Positions 9,671 to 19,542 of a stretch of 64,000 nt of DNA are shown here, piece after piece. Made by a program: the position numbers and the translations under genes. The number at the start of each line of letters is the position of its first letter. The stretch's first letter is position 1. The stretch comes from a bacterium (lineage in GTDB: Bacteria > Bdellovibrionota > UBA1018), in the NCBI GenBank assembly GCA_019751945.1, contig JAIEMT010000007.1, forward strand, positions 2,608-66,607, read 5' to 3'. Under the pieces are notes generated by a model. The model was not told the DNA's origin. It ran no database searches and saw only the letters and a list, made by a program, of their open reading frames with translations.

Positions 9671-10561
9671 CTAATCAATGAGGATTTGATTGGTAACAGC
9701 CGGAGGTGGCTCACCCCAAAGAGTCTTCAGATCTGAAAGAGGCACGATCTCTAACGGTTCTTTTGCATTGTCGAGACTGGCCAGAAGCGTGGCTTCTTGG
9801 GTGGCCTTCTTGAGTTCTGCCACTTGAGTGGCGTGCGATTCGTGAGCCGCCTTGAGTTCACGAGAATACGCCTCAACGACATTTGCAGATTCGGCCTGTG
9901 CACTTTCAAGCTGAGCGAGCTTCTTTTCATACTCCGCCTTGGTTTTTTCTTTTTCGCGAGAAAACTCCCACTCCAAGCGTTCGCGCATGGAGACTTCTGC
10001 TTTCTTCAACTCCTGGTCAAAAACTCGCTTACTTGCGGATAAGGCCTGCTGTTCCTTCATCAGCTCTGCAAACTTTGCTTCCGCACTATGCAGGCGCACC
10101 AAGGTGTTTTGCAACTCGAGTTGATAAGACTTGGCATGACGCTCAACCTGCTCACGCGCCGTTTTCTCCACAGAAAGATCGGAGACTGCTTTCTTGAGTT
10201 TCAACTCCAAGGCAGAAATTTTTTCGCGATCGATTTCGTATTCTTTTATGGCAAGCTTGGCTTCTTTTTCTTTTTGAAGCACGTCTGTCCAAGCGCCTCG
10301 ATATTGGGTGAGCTCTTTTCTCAGGGTATTGATTTCGGTTTTAGCCTGGCCTTCAAAAGTTCGATACTCATTCAACGCCATCTTCATTCTGGTTAGAATG
10401 GTTTCGTATTCTTTCAGCTTCTGATCTTTTTCTTGAACGAGACGATCGTAGACTTTCTGACTTTGCTCGTAGTCCTGCTTGAGCTGTTGCACTTCTTTAT
10501 CTTTGTTCGAAAGTGTTTCTTCTAACTGGCGAATGGCCAGAAGAAAGGCGTCAGAGTTCAT
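9671..10561 (-). CDS. Coiled-coil protein (hypothetical)
   Basis: Heptad-rich and K/E/Q-rich over about 290 aa. The track ORF extends to 10729, but the first 56 residues are R/P/S-rich and overlap the MarR gene. Start taken at the internal Met (MNSDAFLLAIRQLEE). Confidence 0.4.
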   Translation of the reverse strand: MNSDAFLLAIRQLEETLSNKDKEVQQLKQDYEQSQKVYDRLVQEKDQKLKEYETILTRMKMALNEYRTFEGQAKTEINTLRKELTQYRGAWTDVLQKEKEAKLAIKEYEIDREKISALELKLKKAVSDLSVEKTAREQVERHAKSYQLELQNTLVRLHSAEAKFAELMKEQQALSASKRVFDQELKKAEVSMRERLEWEFSREKEKTKAEYEKKLAQLESAQAESANVVEAYSRELKAAHESHATQVAELKKATQEATLLASLDNAKEPLEIVPLSDLKTLWGEPPPAVTNQILID

Positions 10562-10592
10562 CTTTCTATTTTCAACTCGACGAGCGGGGGAG

Positions 10593-11069
10593 TCAAACAG
10601 GGGTACTGGGCAAGATCTTCCCGGCTTCAGAGCTCGCAAAGGCGGCTCGGAAGCGCGCGATGCGCTGAACGGTGCCACGGACCTCCTGGGCTCCAAACTT
10701 CTGCTCGAAGTAATTTTCAACGGAGTCAATTGTTTGAATGAGCTTCACAGCCAGGCGGCGCCCCTCCGGCCTCAGGATGAGCTGATAGCTCCGGGCGTCT
10801 TTTTCATTGAGCTTTCGTCGGAGCAGGCGCCTCTTCTCAAGGTGGGAAACGCCATGGCTAATATTGCCGCGAGTTGTCCCTAGAATATCAGCGAGCTGGG
10901 ACGGACTTACGGCGTCGTTCTTCTCGAAAAACAAGGAGATCAAAATCAAGGCTTGCATGAGGTTGCAGTTCTCTTGCTTGAGCTTGGAATTCAGCCCTCT
11001 TAGGATCGTGTCATAGCTAGATCCGATGGCCAGAAGCAGGCTGTTTTGAACGAATTTTTCGATTTTCAT
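10593..11069 (-). CDS. MarR family transcriptional regulator
   Basis: 158 aa with a winged-helix MarR signature (LSPSQLADILGTTRGNISHGVSHLEKRRLLRRKLNEKDARSYQLILRPEG). Divergent from bioB. Confidence 0.7.
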   Translation of the reverse strand: MKIEKFVQNSLLLAIGSSYDTILRGLNSKLKQENCNLMQALILISLFFEKNDAVSPSQLADILGTTRGNISHGVSHLEKRRLLRRKLNEKDARSYQLILRPEGRRLAVKLIQTIDSVENYFEQKFGAQEVRGTVQRIARFRAAFASSEAGKILPSTPV

Positions 11070-11179
11070 GATGGACTAATCCGATTTCTAAATAGTTTAA
11101 GTCGTCAACTATCTAGCACTAAATCTATATCGCTTCCAATCTTATTTAATTCCAATAGAAAGCGTTTCCTGGCAAATGA

Positions 11180-12121
11180 TTGTCCATGGAAAACAATCTA
11201 TTAGCCCAAGCCGAAGCTCTTTATAACCAACCCTTTATGGACCTGCTCTATCAGGCTCATCAAGTGCATCGACAACACCACGACCCCGCAGAAATTCAAC
11301 GCTGCACTTTGCTCTCCATCAAAACCGGGGGCTGCCCTGAAGATTGTTCGTACTGCCCGCAATCGGCGCACTACGATACTGGCTTGGAACGCGAAAATTT
11401 AATGCCACTCGAGAAGGTTCGAGAAGCCGCCAAGAACGCCTCAGCCAATGGCGCTCAACGATTTTGCATGGGCGCCGCGTGGAGAAATGTGAAGGACGGA
11501 CCCGAATTCGACCGCGTTTTAGAAATGGTCAAAATCGTGAAAGCGGAAAACATGGAAGCCTGCGTGACGCTCGGAATGCTGACGGAAAGCCAAGCTCAGC
11601 GTCTCAAAGAAGCGGGTCTCGATGCTTACAATCACAACTTAGATTCCAGCCGCGAATTTTATGAAAAAATTATTCACACGAGGAACTATGACGACCGACT
11701 CAATACACTGAAAGCTTGCCGAAGTGCTGGCCTCACCGTTTGTAGCGGCGGAATCATTGGCATGGGGGAATCCGTGAAAGACCGTTGCGGACTCCTGGCT
11801 GAACTTGCTGCTTTGGATCCCCAACCTGAGTCAGTTCCGATCAACTTACTGATTCCCGTTGCTGGCACACCTCTCGAAAAGTCGAAGGAAGTCGATCCGA
11901 TTGATTTGGTGAAAACCATCGCTGTTGCCAGAATTCTCATGCCGAAATCGCGCGTTCGCCTTTCGGCCGGCCGAATCTCGCTCACCAAAGAAGCCCAGGT
12001 TTTGGCGTTCTTTGCTGGAGCTAACTCTGTTTTCTTAGGAGAGACCCTACTCACACGCCCGAATCCCACCCCGGATCAAGATCATCAGCTGTTGTCGAGC
12101 TTGAGTGGGTCTGTGCACTGA
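11180..12121 (+). CDS. bioB: Biotin synthase (radical SAM)
   Basis: 313 aa. CxxxCxxC radical-SAM motif ([13 protein letters not shown]). First gene of the bio operon. Confidence 0.9.
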   Translation: MSMENNLLAQAEALYNQPFMDLLYQAHQVHRQHHDPAEIQRCTLLSIKTGGCPEDCSYCPQSAHYDTGLERENLMPLEKVREAAKNASANGAQRFCMGAAWRNVKDGPEFDRVLEMVKIVKAENMEACVTLGMLTESQAQRLKEAGLDAYNHNLDSSREFYEKIIHTRNYDDRLNTLKACRSAGLTVCSGGIIGMGESVKDRCGLLAELAALDPQPESVPINLLIPVAGTPLEKSKEVDPIDLVKTIAVARILMPKSRVRLSAGRISLTKEAQVLAFFAGANSVFLGETLLTRPNPTPDQDHQLLSSLSGSVH

Positions 12122-13222
12122 GTGGATTTTAACCCTCACTTCGAAAAAATTATTCGCGAGTTAGAAGCTGCTTCTCAGCACAGGAGCTTGAAGCCCCGAA
12201 GTGGTGTTGATTTCTCTTCCAATGATTATTTAGGATTTAGCGAAGATAAGATTCTTCGTCAGCGCATTCTTGCTCGTTTAGAAAATCTTCCCACCGGGTC
12301 AACCGGATCGCGCCTCCTCCGAGGAGAAAACGAAGTTTACTCACAAGCTGAAGCCACGCTGGCTCGTTTCTCAGCACGAGAAGCTGCGATTATTTTTCCC
12401 TCGGGATATCAGGCTAACTTGGGATTATTGAGCGGGCTTGTGGGCCCTAACGATGTCGTGTTTTCAGATCAATTCAATCACGCCTCGATCATCGACGGCA
12501 TTCGACTCAGTCGTGCGCAAAAGAAAGTTTACCCTCATTGTGATCTGGGACAGTTAGAAGAACTCCTTCGCACGACTTCCAGCAACGGCCTAAAACTGAT
12601 CGTGACCGAATCGATTTTCAGCATGGACGGCGATCGCGCTCCACTCAGTGACTTGGCAGATCTAGCCGAGAAATATGAAGCAGGTTTGGTGGTGGATGAA
12701 GCGCATGCCACTGGGCTGTACGGATCGGGCTTGGTTCAAGAACTTCTCCTAACCGATCGCGTGTTGGCCACACAACATACGGGCGGAAAGGCCCTCGGCG
12801 TCGGTGGAGCCTGGATTGCCTGCAGCGCGGCCCTAAAAGATTACCTCGTAAACTTTTCAAGGCCCCTCATTTTTTCAACGGCACCCATTCCTGCTCTAGC
12901 GGTATCACTCGAAGAATCCGTCCTACACTTGTCCAGCGCAGGACCCGAGCAAATTGAAGCGCTTTGGCGTCACTGTAGTTTATTGAGCGCAAGCTTGAAC
13001 CTTCGTCAAATACGCGGTCCTATTTTTCCGTACATCTTGGGTGATAATGCATCTGCACTTCGCATGAGCCAAAAACTCATTGCCGCAGGTCTCGATGTGC
13101 GCGCCATTCGACCCCCCACAGTTCCGGAAGGAACTGCCCGCCTTCGAATGACGATTCACGCGGATCAAGATCCGAAGGACATTCAGAAACTCACGCGGAT
13201 TCTGCAGGAGTCGATGTCATGA
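12122..13222 (+). CDS. bioF: 8-amino-7-oxononanoate synthase
   Basis: 366 aa alpha-oxoamine synthase. PLP-lysine region GTLGKALGVGGAW and VVDEAHATGLYG. GTG start directly after the bioB stop. Operon context supports bioF rather than kbl or spt. Confidence 0.8.
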   Translation: MDFNPHFEKIIRELEAASQHRSLKPRSGVDFSSNDYLGFSEDKILRQRILARLENLPTGSTGSRLLRGENEVYSQAEATLARFSAREAAIIFPSGYQANLGLLSGLVGPNDVVFSDQFNHASIIDGIRLSRAQKKVYPHCDLGQLEELLRTTSSNGLKLIVTESIFSMDGDRAPLSDLADLAEKYEAGLVVDEAHATGLYGSGLVQELLLTDRVLATQHTGGKALGVGGAWIACSAALKDYLVNFSRPLIFSTAPIPALAVSLEESVLHLSSAGPEQIEALWRHCSLLSASLNLRQIRGPIFPYILGDNASALRMSQKLIAAGLDVRAIRPPTVPEGTARLRMTIHADQDPKDIQKLTRILQESMS

Positions 13223-13824
13223 GTACTCCCGGAATCTTCGTCACTGGAACCGATACGGGCGTGGGAAAAACAGTCGTATCGGGGTTACTCATCTCTGCCA
13301 TCCGGGATTGGAAGGGTCAGGTAGGATACTTTAAACCCGTCCAAACTGGATCTGATTCTGACACCCAAACCATTGCTCAACTCACGGGGCTCAACCCTCC
13401 ATCTCTGGCAGTTCCTGTTTACGAATTTCCGGAACCCATTGCTCCTCACCGCGCGGCGTCGCTTCATGGCGCTCACATTGAGATTGAAAAAATTCAGAGC
13501 GCCTGGGAAAGCCTTCCCAAAAATTTTTGGATCGTCGAAGGGGCAGGGGGGATTTGCACACCTCTTTCCAATACAACTCAGATTCTCGACATTCCCAAAG
13601 CGCTCGAGTTACCAATCGTAATTGTGGCCGCTTCGCGCCTAGGAACCATTAATCACACTCTACTGACCTATCAGCAGGCTCGTGCAAAAGGTTTGCGGGT
13701 TTTAGGAATTATTGTCACTGGAGAAGAAGATCCCGAATTAGTGAGCTACCTAAAAAAGGGGTTGGATCTCCCCGCTATTTCTAAGTCAGAAATCCCGACT
13801 TGGCTGAAAGGGGTGTTGCAGTGA
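13219..13824 (+). CDS. bioD: Dethiobiotin synthetase
   Basis: 201 aa. P-loop GTDTGVGKT. ATGA overlap with bioF. Confidence 0.85.
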   Translation: MSTPGIFVTGTDTGVGKTVVSGLLISAIRDWKGQVGYFKPVQTGSDSDTQTIAQLTGLNPPSLAVPVYEFPEPIAPHRAASLHGAHIEIEKIQSAWESLPKNFWIVEGAGGICTPLSNTTQILDIPKALELPIVIVAASRLGTINHTLLTYQQARAKGLRVLGIIVTGEEDPELVSYLKKGLDLPAISKSEIPTWLKGVLQ

Positions 13825-15089
13825 ACACCCTTTCAAATCGAGACGCTCAGGTGGTTTGGCATCCCTATTCTCAACCAGGCAGAGACAAAATGGTGCTGCC
13901 AGTGTTGTCAGCTCAGGGCGCTTACCTACATCTAGAAGATGGCAGCAAAGTCTTGGATGCCATCTCGTCATGGTGGGTAAATATTCACGGACACTCGCAC
14001 CCGAAAATTGCAGCGGCAATTGCAGAACAGGCGGCGAAACTCGAACACGTGATTTTTTCGGGTTTTACTCATGAACCCGCTGTACGCCTAGCAGAAATAT
14101 TGCTCGAGGCTACCCAGTCACGGGGCGCTCCGTATCGAAAGGTTTTCTACTCTGACAACGGTTCCACAGCGGTCGAAGTCGCTCTGAAAATGGCCTACCA
14201 ATATTTTCAGAATCGAAAAGTTCAGGGCCGAGAACGCTTCATTGCTCTGCGCGGCTCCTATCACGGCGACACTTTGGGCGCGATGGCGGTGGGAGATCCG
14301 GAAGGATTTCACTCACGATTCAAACGCCTCCTACCGGCAGTAGATTTTATCGAACCAGGGGACATCGTCGCCTTAGAATCCCTGCTTCAAAAAAACCCAG
14401 GCCAGTATGCCGCATTTATTTTTGAGCCGTTGATTCAAGGCGCCGAAGGAATGAAAACTTATAGCCCTGTATTTCTAAAGTCTGCGATGGCACTTTGCCG
14501 GGATAACGAAGTTCTCACCATCGGAGATGAAGTCTTTACAGGCTTCTATCGCACCGGCACCCGCTTTGCCTTTGAACAACTCGGCATGGCTCCAGATCTT
14601 CTCTGCATTTCCAAAGGAATTACGGGAGGGTTTCTTCCCCTTTCAGCAACTTTAGCGACGGGGCAAGTTTTTGAGGCCTTCGTTTCATCCGAGATGAGAG
14701 ACGCTTTTTTACACGGACATTCCTATACCGCAAATCCAATTGCCTGCGCGGCAGCGCTAGCATCCTGGGAAATATTGAACTCTGAGGAATGCCAGAAAAC
14801 TATTCGAACGATTTGCGAAACAACGAAGGAATGTGTGTCCCAATTTGAGGGACATCCGAAAGTGAAATCCGTGCGCACGGTGGGAACTATTGGTGCCGTC
14901 GAAGTCCATCAAAAAGATACTTACTACTCCGTTGCGAAGGAAAAGATCATTGCGGCCGCGGTACGCGAGGGGGTTCTACTGAGACCTCTCGGAAATGTTC
15001 TCTATTCCGTACCCCCTTACTGCGTGACTCGCCAGGAAGTTCAGAAAATTTACAAAACACTAGGAGATCTCATCCATGAATACTTTTGA
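13800..15089 (+). CDS. bioA: Adenosylmethionine-8-amino-7-oxononanoate aminotransferase
   Basis: 429 aa class-III aminotransferase (WHPYSQ..., SYHGDTLGAMAVG, CISKGITGGF with PLP-Lys). An alternative GTG start at 13821 would give a 4-nt GTGA overlap with bioD. Confidence 0.85.
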   Translation: MAERGVAVNTLSNRDAQVVWHPYSQPGRDKMVLPVLSAQGAYLHLEDGSKVLDAISSWWVNIHGHSHPKIAAAIAEQAAKLEHVIFSGFTHEPAVRLAEILLEATQSRGAPYRKVFYSDNGSTAVEVALKMAYQYFQNRKVQGRERFIALRGSYHGDTLGAMAVGDPEGFHSRFKRLLPAVDFIEPGDIVALESLLQKNPGQYAAFIFEPLIQGAEGMKTYSPVFLKSAMALCRDNEVLTIGDEVFTGFYRTGTRFAFEQLGMAPDLLCISKGITGGFLPLSATLATGQVFEAFVSSEMRDAFLHGHSYTANPIACAAALASWEILNSEECQKTIRTICETTKECVSQFEGHPKVKSVRTVGTIGAVEVHQKDTYYSVAKEKIIAAAVREGVLLRPLGNVLYSVPPYCVTRQEVQKIYKTLGDLIHEYF

Positions 15090-15714
15090 AAATCTACTTG
15101 GCTACTTCAAAAAGGATTCTATGCTCCACGCCCGGTTCATCAATACGATTAGCCTCCTGGAATACATCGGCGCTCGAAAAATTCTAAAAAGCCAACATGA
15201 AGGTGCCATTTCCGCAACCGTACTGGGGCACGTTTCAGAGGAAATTCGCCATGCTCAAATCTTTAAAAGGGTGGCCTTGAAAATGAGCGGCGGCAAGCTC
15301 CCTACCTACGACGATCAATACCTGCTCGCTGGTCCCGCAGCTCGCGACTACTTTCAAGGTCTGGATCACGGAATTGCTGCCGAATTGGAAATTCCAAACG
15401 GCTGGTTGAACTACCTGTACTCCACTCTGCTCATCGAAGAACGCGCTGGAAAGATCTACCCCAGTTACAATCTCTTTCTGGGCGAACAAGGCTTCCCAGG
15501 GGTTCTGGAAGCCATCGTCCTAGAAGAAAATGAACATTTGAAAGACGTGTACGATTTTTTAGGAGAAGCGGACGCCGAAAAGATGGAAATGCGCCTGGTT
15601 CGAATGCGCGCGCTAGAAGAACGCCTTTACGACGCTTTTATGAAGCAAGCATTGACCGAGTGCCAGGTTCACGTACAAAATGAACCGTCATGGACAATCT
15701 CACCCACAGCTTGA
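15076..15714 (+). CDS. Ferritin-like di-iron carboxylate protein, function unknown, translationally coupled to bioA
   Basis: 212 aa. Two EXXH motifs (SEEIRHAQ and EENEHLKD), each preceded by a candidate ligand Glu (LLEYIGARK; LIEERAGK). This is the classic four-helix-bundle di-iron pattern. Start overlaps the bioA stop by 14 nt. Confidence 0.5.
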   Translation: MNTFENLLGYFKKDSMLHARFINTISLLEYIGARKILKSQHEGAISATVLGHVSEEIRHAQIFKRVALKMSGGKLPTYDDQYLLAGPAARDYFQGLDHGIAAELEIPNGWLNYLYSTLLIEERAGKIYPSYNLFLGEQGFPGVLEAIVLEENEHLKDVYDFLGEADAEKMEMRLVRMRALEERLYDAFMKQALTECQVHVQNEPSWTISPTA

Positions 15715-16895
15715 TAGGCGTCACGCTCGGGCGTGCGCTGCTAAGAAAATCTAAATCAAAAACGGAAGCAGCTTGGCGATCTTGCGCCGTCGTCACTGCA
15801 GTCGTGGCCAGCAATATTCCAGACGGCGATTTTCTTTTTTTTCTGAACCGCAGCAATGAAAAGCTGGGGTACCTGATTCACCATCGTGGATTTACTCACA
15901 CCATTTTTGTTTCCATTTTAGTTTCGGTAGTATTGGCGCTGGCGTTGTCGGCCATGTACAAACTCAATAAAAAGCAACGGCTCCAAAATATTGGACTCGC
16001 CATCATCGCCGGATTGTTGCACATCACCGCCGACAGCTGGAATGATTACGGGGTACACCCGTTCTGGCCCTTGTCCAACAACTGGTACTACGGCGACTCT
16101 ATATTCATTGTCGAACCACTCCTCATCTTTTCGATGCTGCCGCTCGCGTATTTCTCAGCTGAATCCGTCTGGGGAAAACGAATTTGGGTTGCAGCTGGAG
16201 CTGGGATTCTACTTCTGGCCTGGATATCCGCCTTCTCTCAGTGGTGGGTCGCGCTCTGGATCAGCTGCGTCGCAGGAGCATTTTACCTTTGGCAGAAGAG
16301 AAAGCCGCAGGGACTGCTTCCTGCAGTGACTGGAGTTTTGGCCACTCTTCTCCTTTTTTTCACGGCAGGATCTCTTGCGCGTAAAGAAATTCGATCGGTC
16401 CTCTCTCCAGGTGGAAAAAAAGATTCGGAGATTCGACAGCTCATGACGTCTCCTGCTCCCTCAAACCCACTCTGCTGGAGAACATTAGTGGCGACCGTAG
16501 ATCGTTATCAGAACTATGCGGGCCATATTGGATTTGTCAGCCTGGCTCCAAAGCTCATTCAGCCTCTGGAGTGCTTTGAGCAGCTCATTGGGAAGCAAAG
16601 CGCTCCACTCCGTCCGCCCCTGGTGGCTTCAACAGACAAGGTATTTTGGTACGCAGACTTTCAAGCGCCCGCGAAAGAGTTCATCCGCCTCGAAAATGAA
16701 AATTGTACAGTCGATGCGGTTTCTCGCTTTTTAAGAATCCCCTTCTGGAAGGATGCGGGAGAGAATGTTGTCATCGGAGATCTGCGATACGACCGAGAGA
16801 AACGACGAGGCTTCGCCGAAATTGAAGTTTCTAAGAAAGATAAAAATTGCTTAATTGGCGTTCCACCTTGGAACCGGCCGATTCAACTTGATTAA
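15690..16895 (+). CDS. Membrane-bound metal-dependent hydrolase (YdjM/DUF457-like) with a ~180-aa C-terminal extension
   Basis: 401 aa. The N-terminus MDNLTHSLIGVTLGRALL and HHRGFTHTIFVSI fit the LexA-regulon YdjM-type inner-membrane metal-hydrolase family. Several TM helices. Start overlaps the preceding ORF by 25 nt. Confidence 0.5.
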   Translation: MDNLTHSLIGVTLGRALLRKSKSKTEAAWRSCAVVTAVVASNIPDGDFLFFLNRSNEKLGYLIHHRGFTHTIFVSILVSVVLALALSAMYKLNKKQRLQNIGLAIIAGLLHITADSWNDYGVHPFWPLSNNWYYGDSIFIVEPLLIFSMLPLAYFSAESVWGKRIWVAAGAGILLLAWISAFSQWWVALWISCVAGAFYLWQKRKPQGLLPAVTGVLATLLLFFTAGSLARKEIRSVLSPGGKKDSEIRQLMTSPAPSNPLCWRTLVATVDRYQNYAGHIGFVSLAPKLIQPLECFEQLIGKQSAPLRPPLVASTDKVFWYADFQAPAKEFIRLENENCTVDAVSRFLRIPFWKDAGENVVIGDLRYDREKRRGFAEIEVSKKDKNCLIGVPPWNRPIQLD

Positions 16896-17326
16896 AGAGC
16901 GATACGCTTCGTTTTTACTTTGCCACCCCGTTCACACTCACGTGCCACGGTGATGATTTTTAAACGCGCACCATCGATTTCGCGCGGACCAATCTTAGCA
17001 GTCATGAATTCTTTGGCTTCGGCAGCAACGGGCGGGGAAGCACATTTCAAAAAACGGACAGCGACTTGCTCCGGTAAACCCTGCAATGCATAACCCACGA
17101 TCTTTGCGGGTGTCTTAGCGACAACTTCCGCTAATTCCATGTCCGGGAGCTTCACGATGTCTTCCCAGGAAAAGGTAAATTGTAAAATTCTTGCGGTGTA
17201 TTCGGGGTCTTCGACCTTACCGATATCGATCATCTTCTGGCGCTTCGATGCTGAAGTAGCCTCCCAAAGCTCTACAATCTGTCGAAATCCTTCAGGGGCT
17301 CTCTTATAGCGGCTGAAAACGCTCAT
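16892..17326 (-). CDS. Hypothetical cytoplasmic protein
   Basis: 144 aa ORF with good coding appearance, convergent with the hydrolase gene. No motif recognised confidently. Confidence 0.3.
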   Translation of the reverse strand: MSVFSRYKRAPEGFRQIVELWEATSASKRQKMIDIGKVEDPEYTARILQFTFSWEDIVKLPDMELAEVVAKTPAKIVGYALQGLPEQVAVRFLKCASPPVAAEAKEFMTAKIGPREIDGARLKIITVARECERGGKVKTKRIAL

Positions 17327-17461
17327 GATCGTATTGTCCTTTGAAAAGTACCGTGTCTCTCAATATTAAACTAAGAAATCCTTCCATTCCAACAGGTTCT
17401 TTCTTTTCGGATCTTTGACCCCTAATCTTGAATTCACAACCGGATCCTGATAGACAGCGTC

Positions 17462-18022
17462 ATGAAATTTTTTATCCCGTATCTATTTATTGCTTCACTG
17501 TTGATCAGCCCCTGGGCCCGCGCTGAGAGCGCCACCCGCACCATTCGTCTGACCTGCCAAGGAAAAGGTGAACGCTACGAAGTCACCTTTGAAAAGGTCA
17601 CCACCCATGGTTGGGATGAAGTAGAAAACCGTGTGGTTCTTGTGTCAGATGTGACGAATGTGAAGTTTCCGCGAGGCTATTTAGATTCGGAAGCAATCCA
17701 AGCCTCGGGCACTATGGATCTCCATCCCATTCCTGCTTCGGCTACTGATGCTCCAGAAATCATCACTCCCGGCGCATTTTTAGAAGTGCTGGCGGATGTG
17801 AAGACTGCGGGGTCAAATGACTTGGAAGCTATTAAGAAAGTTCTGATCAAAGGGATTCTTCCAGATCCGTCGCTTGCGGAAGCGAATCACCCTGTCCGAG
17901 TTGACGCTTTTGTTTATCTACTCGACGCTGCCGGAAAACTCACCGGTCAGAACCGCATGGACATGGTGGATTTCAATCCCAGCGCAGCAGACATTATTTC
18001 GTTTTCTTGCACCAATAGCTAG
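17462..18022 (+). CDS. Secreted hypothetical protein
   Basis: 186 aa with a signal peptide (MKFFIPYLFIASLLISPWARA). Confidence 0.4.
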   Translation: MKFFIPYLFIASLLISPWARAESATRTIRLTCQGKGERYEVTFEKVTTHGWDEVENRVVLVSDVTNVKFPRGYLDSEAIQASGTMDLHPIPASATDAPEIITPGAFLEVLADVKTAGSNDLEAIKKVLIKGILPDPSLAEANHPVRVDAFVYLLDAAGKLTGQNRMDMVDFNPSAADIISFSCTNS

Positions 18023-18906
18023 AAGAGTTCGGCCGGAATTTCGGCTTCCTTATAATAGCTGCCGCCCCAACATCTCGTCCCCAGGCGTGTAACAGCGCAA
18101 CCATGTTCTGCCCCGATCGACATAGAGAGAACGTCTCGCAAATCACTCGGAGGACGGCATGCATACCTTCGACTACCCCAGCATTCGACTCCCTTTGCAC
18201 TCGACGCGCAGACACAGCTTCCCCCAGATGCAAGGAAGTTCACATCTTTCAGATTGGGAGGAACGTCGGTAGCTGCCGATCCCCAACACTTTACTTCACG
18301 ATTGAGCGTTAATGCACAAACATGGTCGTTGCCAGCCACCAGCTGAAGAGCGGGAGCAATTTTCGAGGGAATTCCTCTGTAAGTCTTTCCAAAAGCATCA
18401 GTACAAGTCACACCCGATTTCTTCATGAAACAGAAGAATGCGTCTCCAAACACGAAGCTATAAAAAGGATCTTTAGGATTGGCCGGAAAACTCACAGTGT
18501 TCCATCCGCTACCCCAGCATTGAATCCCTTTTGCCGAAAGAGCGCAGGTGTGATTCCCCATTGCTCGAAGTTCGTAAACATCTGTCAGATTGGAAGGAGG
18601 AGCGGTCATCCGCTGACCGCCGCACTTCACTCCAGATTTTCCAGAAATACAGTAGTGCGCATTTCCAACGGCGAGAAGGTCACCCGGCTCTGACGAAAGT
18701 TGATCCGGGTTTCGACCCCAGCATCTCGTATTGTTCGTGGTATTCGCGCAGGTGATTTGCTCACCCACTCCGATGCGAATAATGGCGTCTTCAAAAGCCT
18801 GAGCCGAATGAAGTCCGGTTGAAAAAAGAATTCCCAACGCTAAAAGGATCTTGTTCCGCATGATTTCCCCCGCAGGAATCATGCTGCGAGGAACAGCATT
18901 TTTCAA
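18019..18906 (-). CDS. Secreted RCC1-like repeat protein
   Basis: 295 aa with a signal peptide. Repeated HxCAL/CAx...GxxCWG units (CALSAKGIQCWGS, CALTLNREVKCWGS, CASSAKGVECWGS, CAVTRLGTRCWGG) resemble RCC1 beta-propeller blades. Confidence 0.45.
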   Translation of the reverse strand: MKNAVPRSMIPAGEIMRNKILLALGILFSTGLHSAQAFEDAIIRIGVGEQITCANTTNNTRCWGRNPDQLSSEPGDLLAVGNAHYCISGKSGVKCGGQRMTAPPSNLTDVYELRAMGNHTCALSAKGIQCWGSGWNTVSFPANPKDPFYSFVFGDAFFCFMKKSGVTCTDAFGKTYRGIPSKIAPALQLVAGNDHVCALTLNREVKCWGSAATDVPPNLKDVNFLASGGSCVCASSAKGVECWGSRRYACRPPSDLRDVLSMSIGAEHGCAVTRLGTRCWGGSYYKEAEIPAELF

Positions 18907-19514
18907 GGACCTAAGTAGCCGGGCAAACCTTGCGCCGCAGTATCGCGGGAAATAGCGAGAGCGTCTTTGACAGCCCGCCTAAAGTTGGGACGGGTAGGCA
19001 ACGTATCGGGCAAGAGAGTCACTCTGGAACGGAAAAACTGCGCCCATTGAAATTCTGCGTAAAGGACATCTGTCTTATTATAGCCCCCTGCGTCCCGAAC
19101 CGCCGAAGAGAGAGATCGATAGGGGTCGTCTTTCATTTCACGAAGGGACTGCGGTAGGTCCTTCACTTCCCTGGTGTGTCCAGTTTCATCGATCAAATAG
19201 ACAAATCCGTTTTTGATCATCTGATCCCAAAAGTCTTTCCAGCTAAGAGAACTCCAATCCTCTTCCAATTTAGCCGGAGCTACGGAGAATCCGCAGATCT
19301 CCAGCATCGCGACAGCATGGTGATGTCGATCGATTAGGAAAATACTTTTTCCGGGTCCATAAATAATGGGGATCTTCTTTTGGTCCACGGTGGCGCTTGC
19401 CCCGCAGATTTCTTGCGCCTTATTTTCCACTTCAAACATTCCAACCGCAAACTGTGTGGGCCGAAGCTGATCGAGCTGTACAGAAAGGAGGAGTGGAAGA
19501 AGCATCGAAACCAT
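18903..19514 (-). CDS. ParB/Srx-like nuclease-domain protein (hypothetical)
   Basis: 203 aa. LRPTQFAVG motif is characteristic of the ParB N-terminal/sulfiredoxin fold. 4-nt overlap with the upstream RCC1-like gene. Confidence 0.35.
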   Translation of the reverse strand: MVSMLLPLLLSVQLDQLRPTQFAVGMFEVENKAQEICGASATVDQKKIPIIYGPGKSIFLIDRHHHAVAMLEICGFSVAPAKLEEDWSSLSWKDFWDQMIKNGFVYLIDETGHTREVKDLPQSLREMKDDPYRSLSSAVRDAGGYNKTDVLYAEFQWAQFFRSRVTLLPDTLPTRPNFRRAVKDALAISRDTAAQGLPGYLGP

Positions 19515-19542
19515 CCCTAAGTTTTAGAACCTGGGCACTCTT

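Noticed and set aside
12122-13222. Considered whether the operon bioF could itself be the SPT or Kbl paralog
   Set aside because: It is sandwiched with start/stop coupling between bioB and bioD, so the biotin role is far more likely. The separate 440-aa paralog at 39144 has the SPT-like features.
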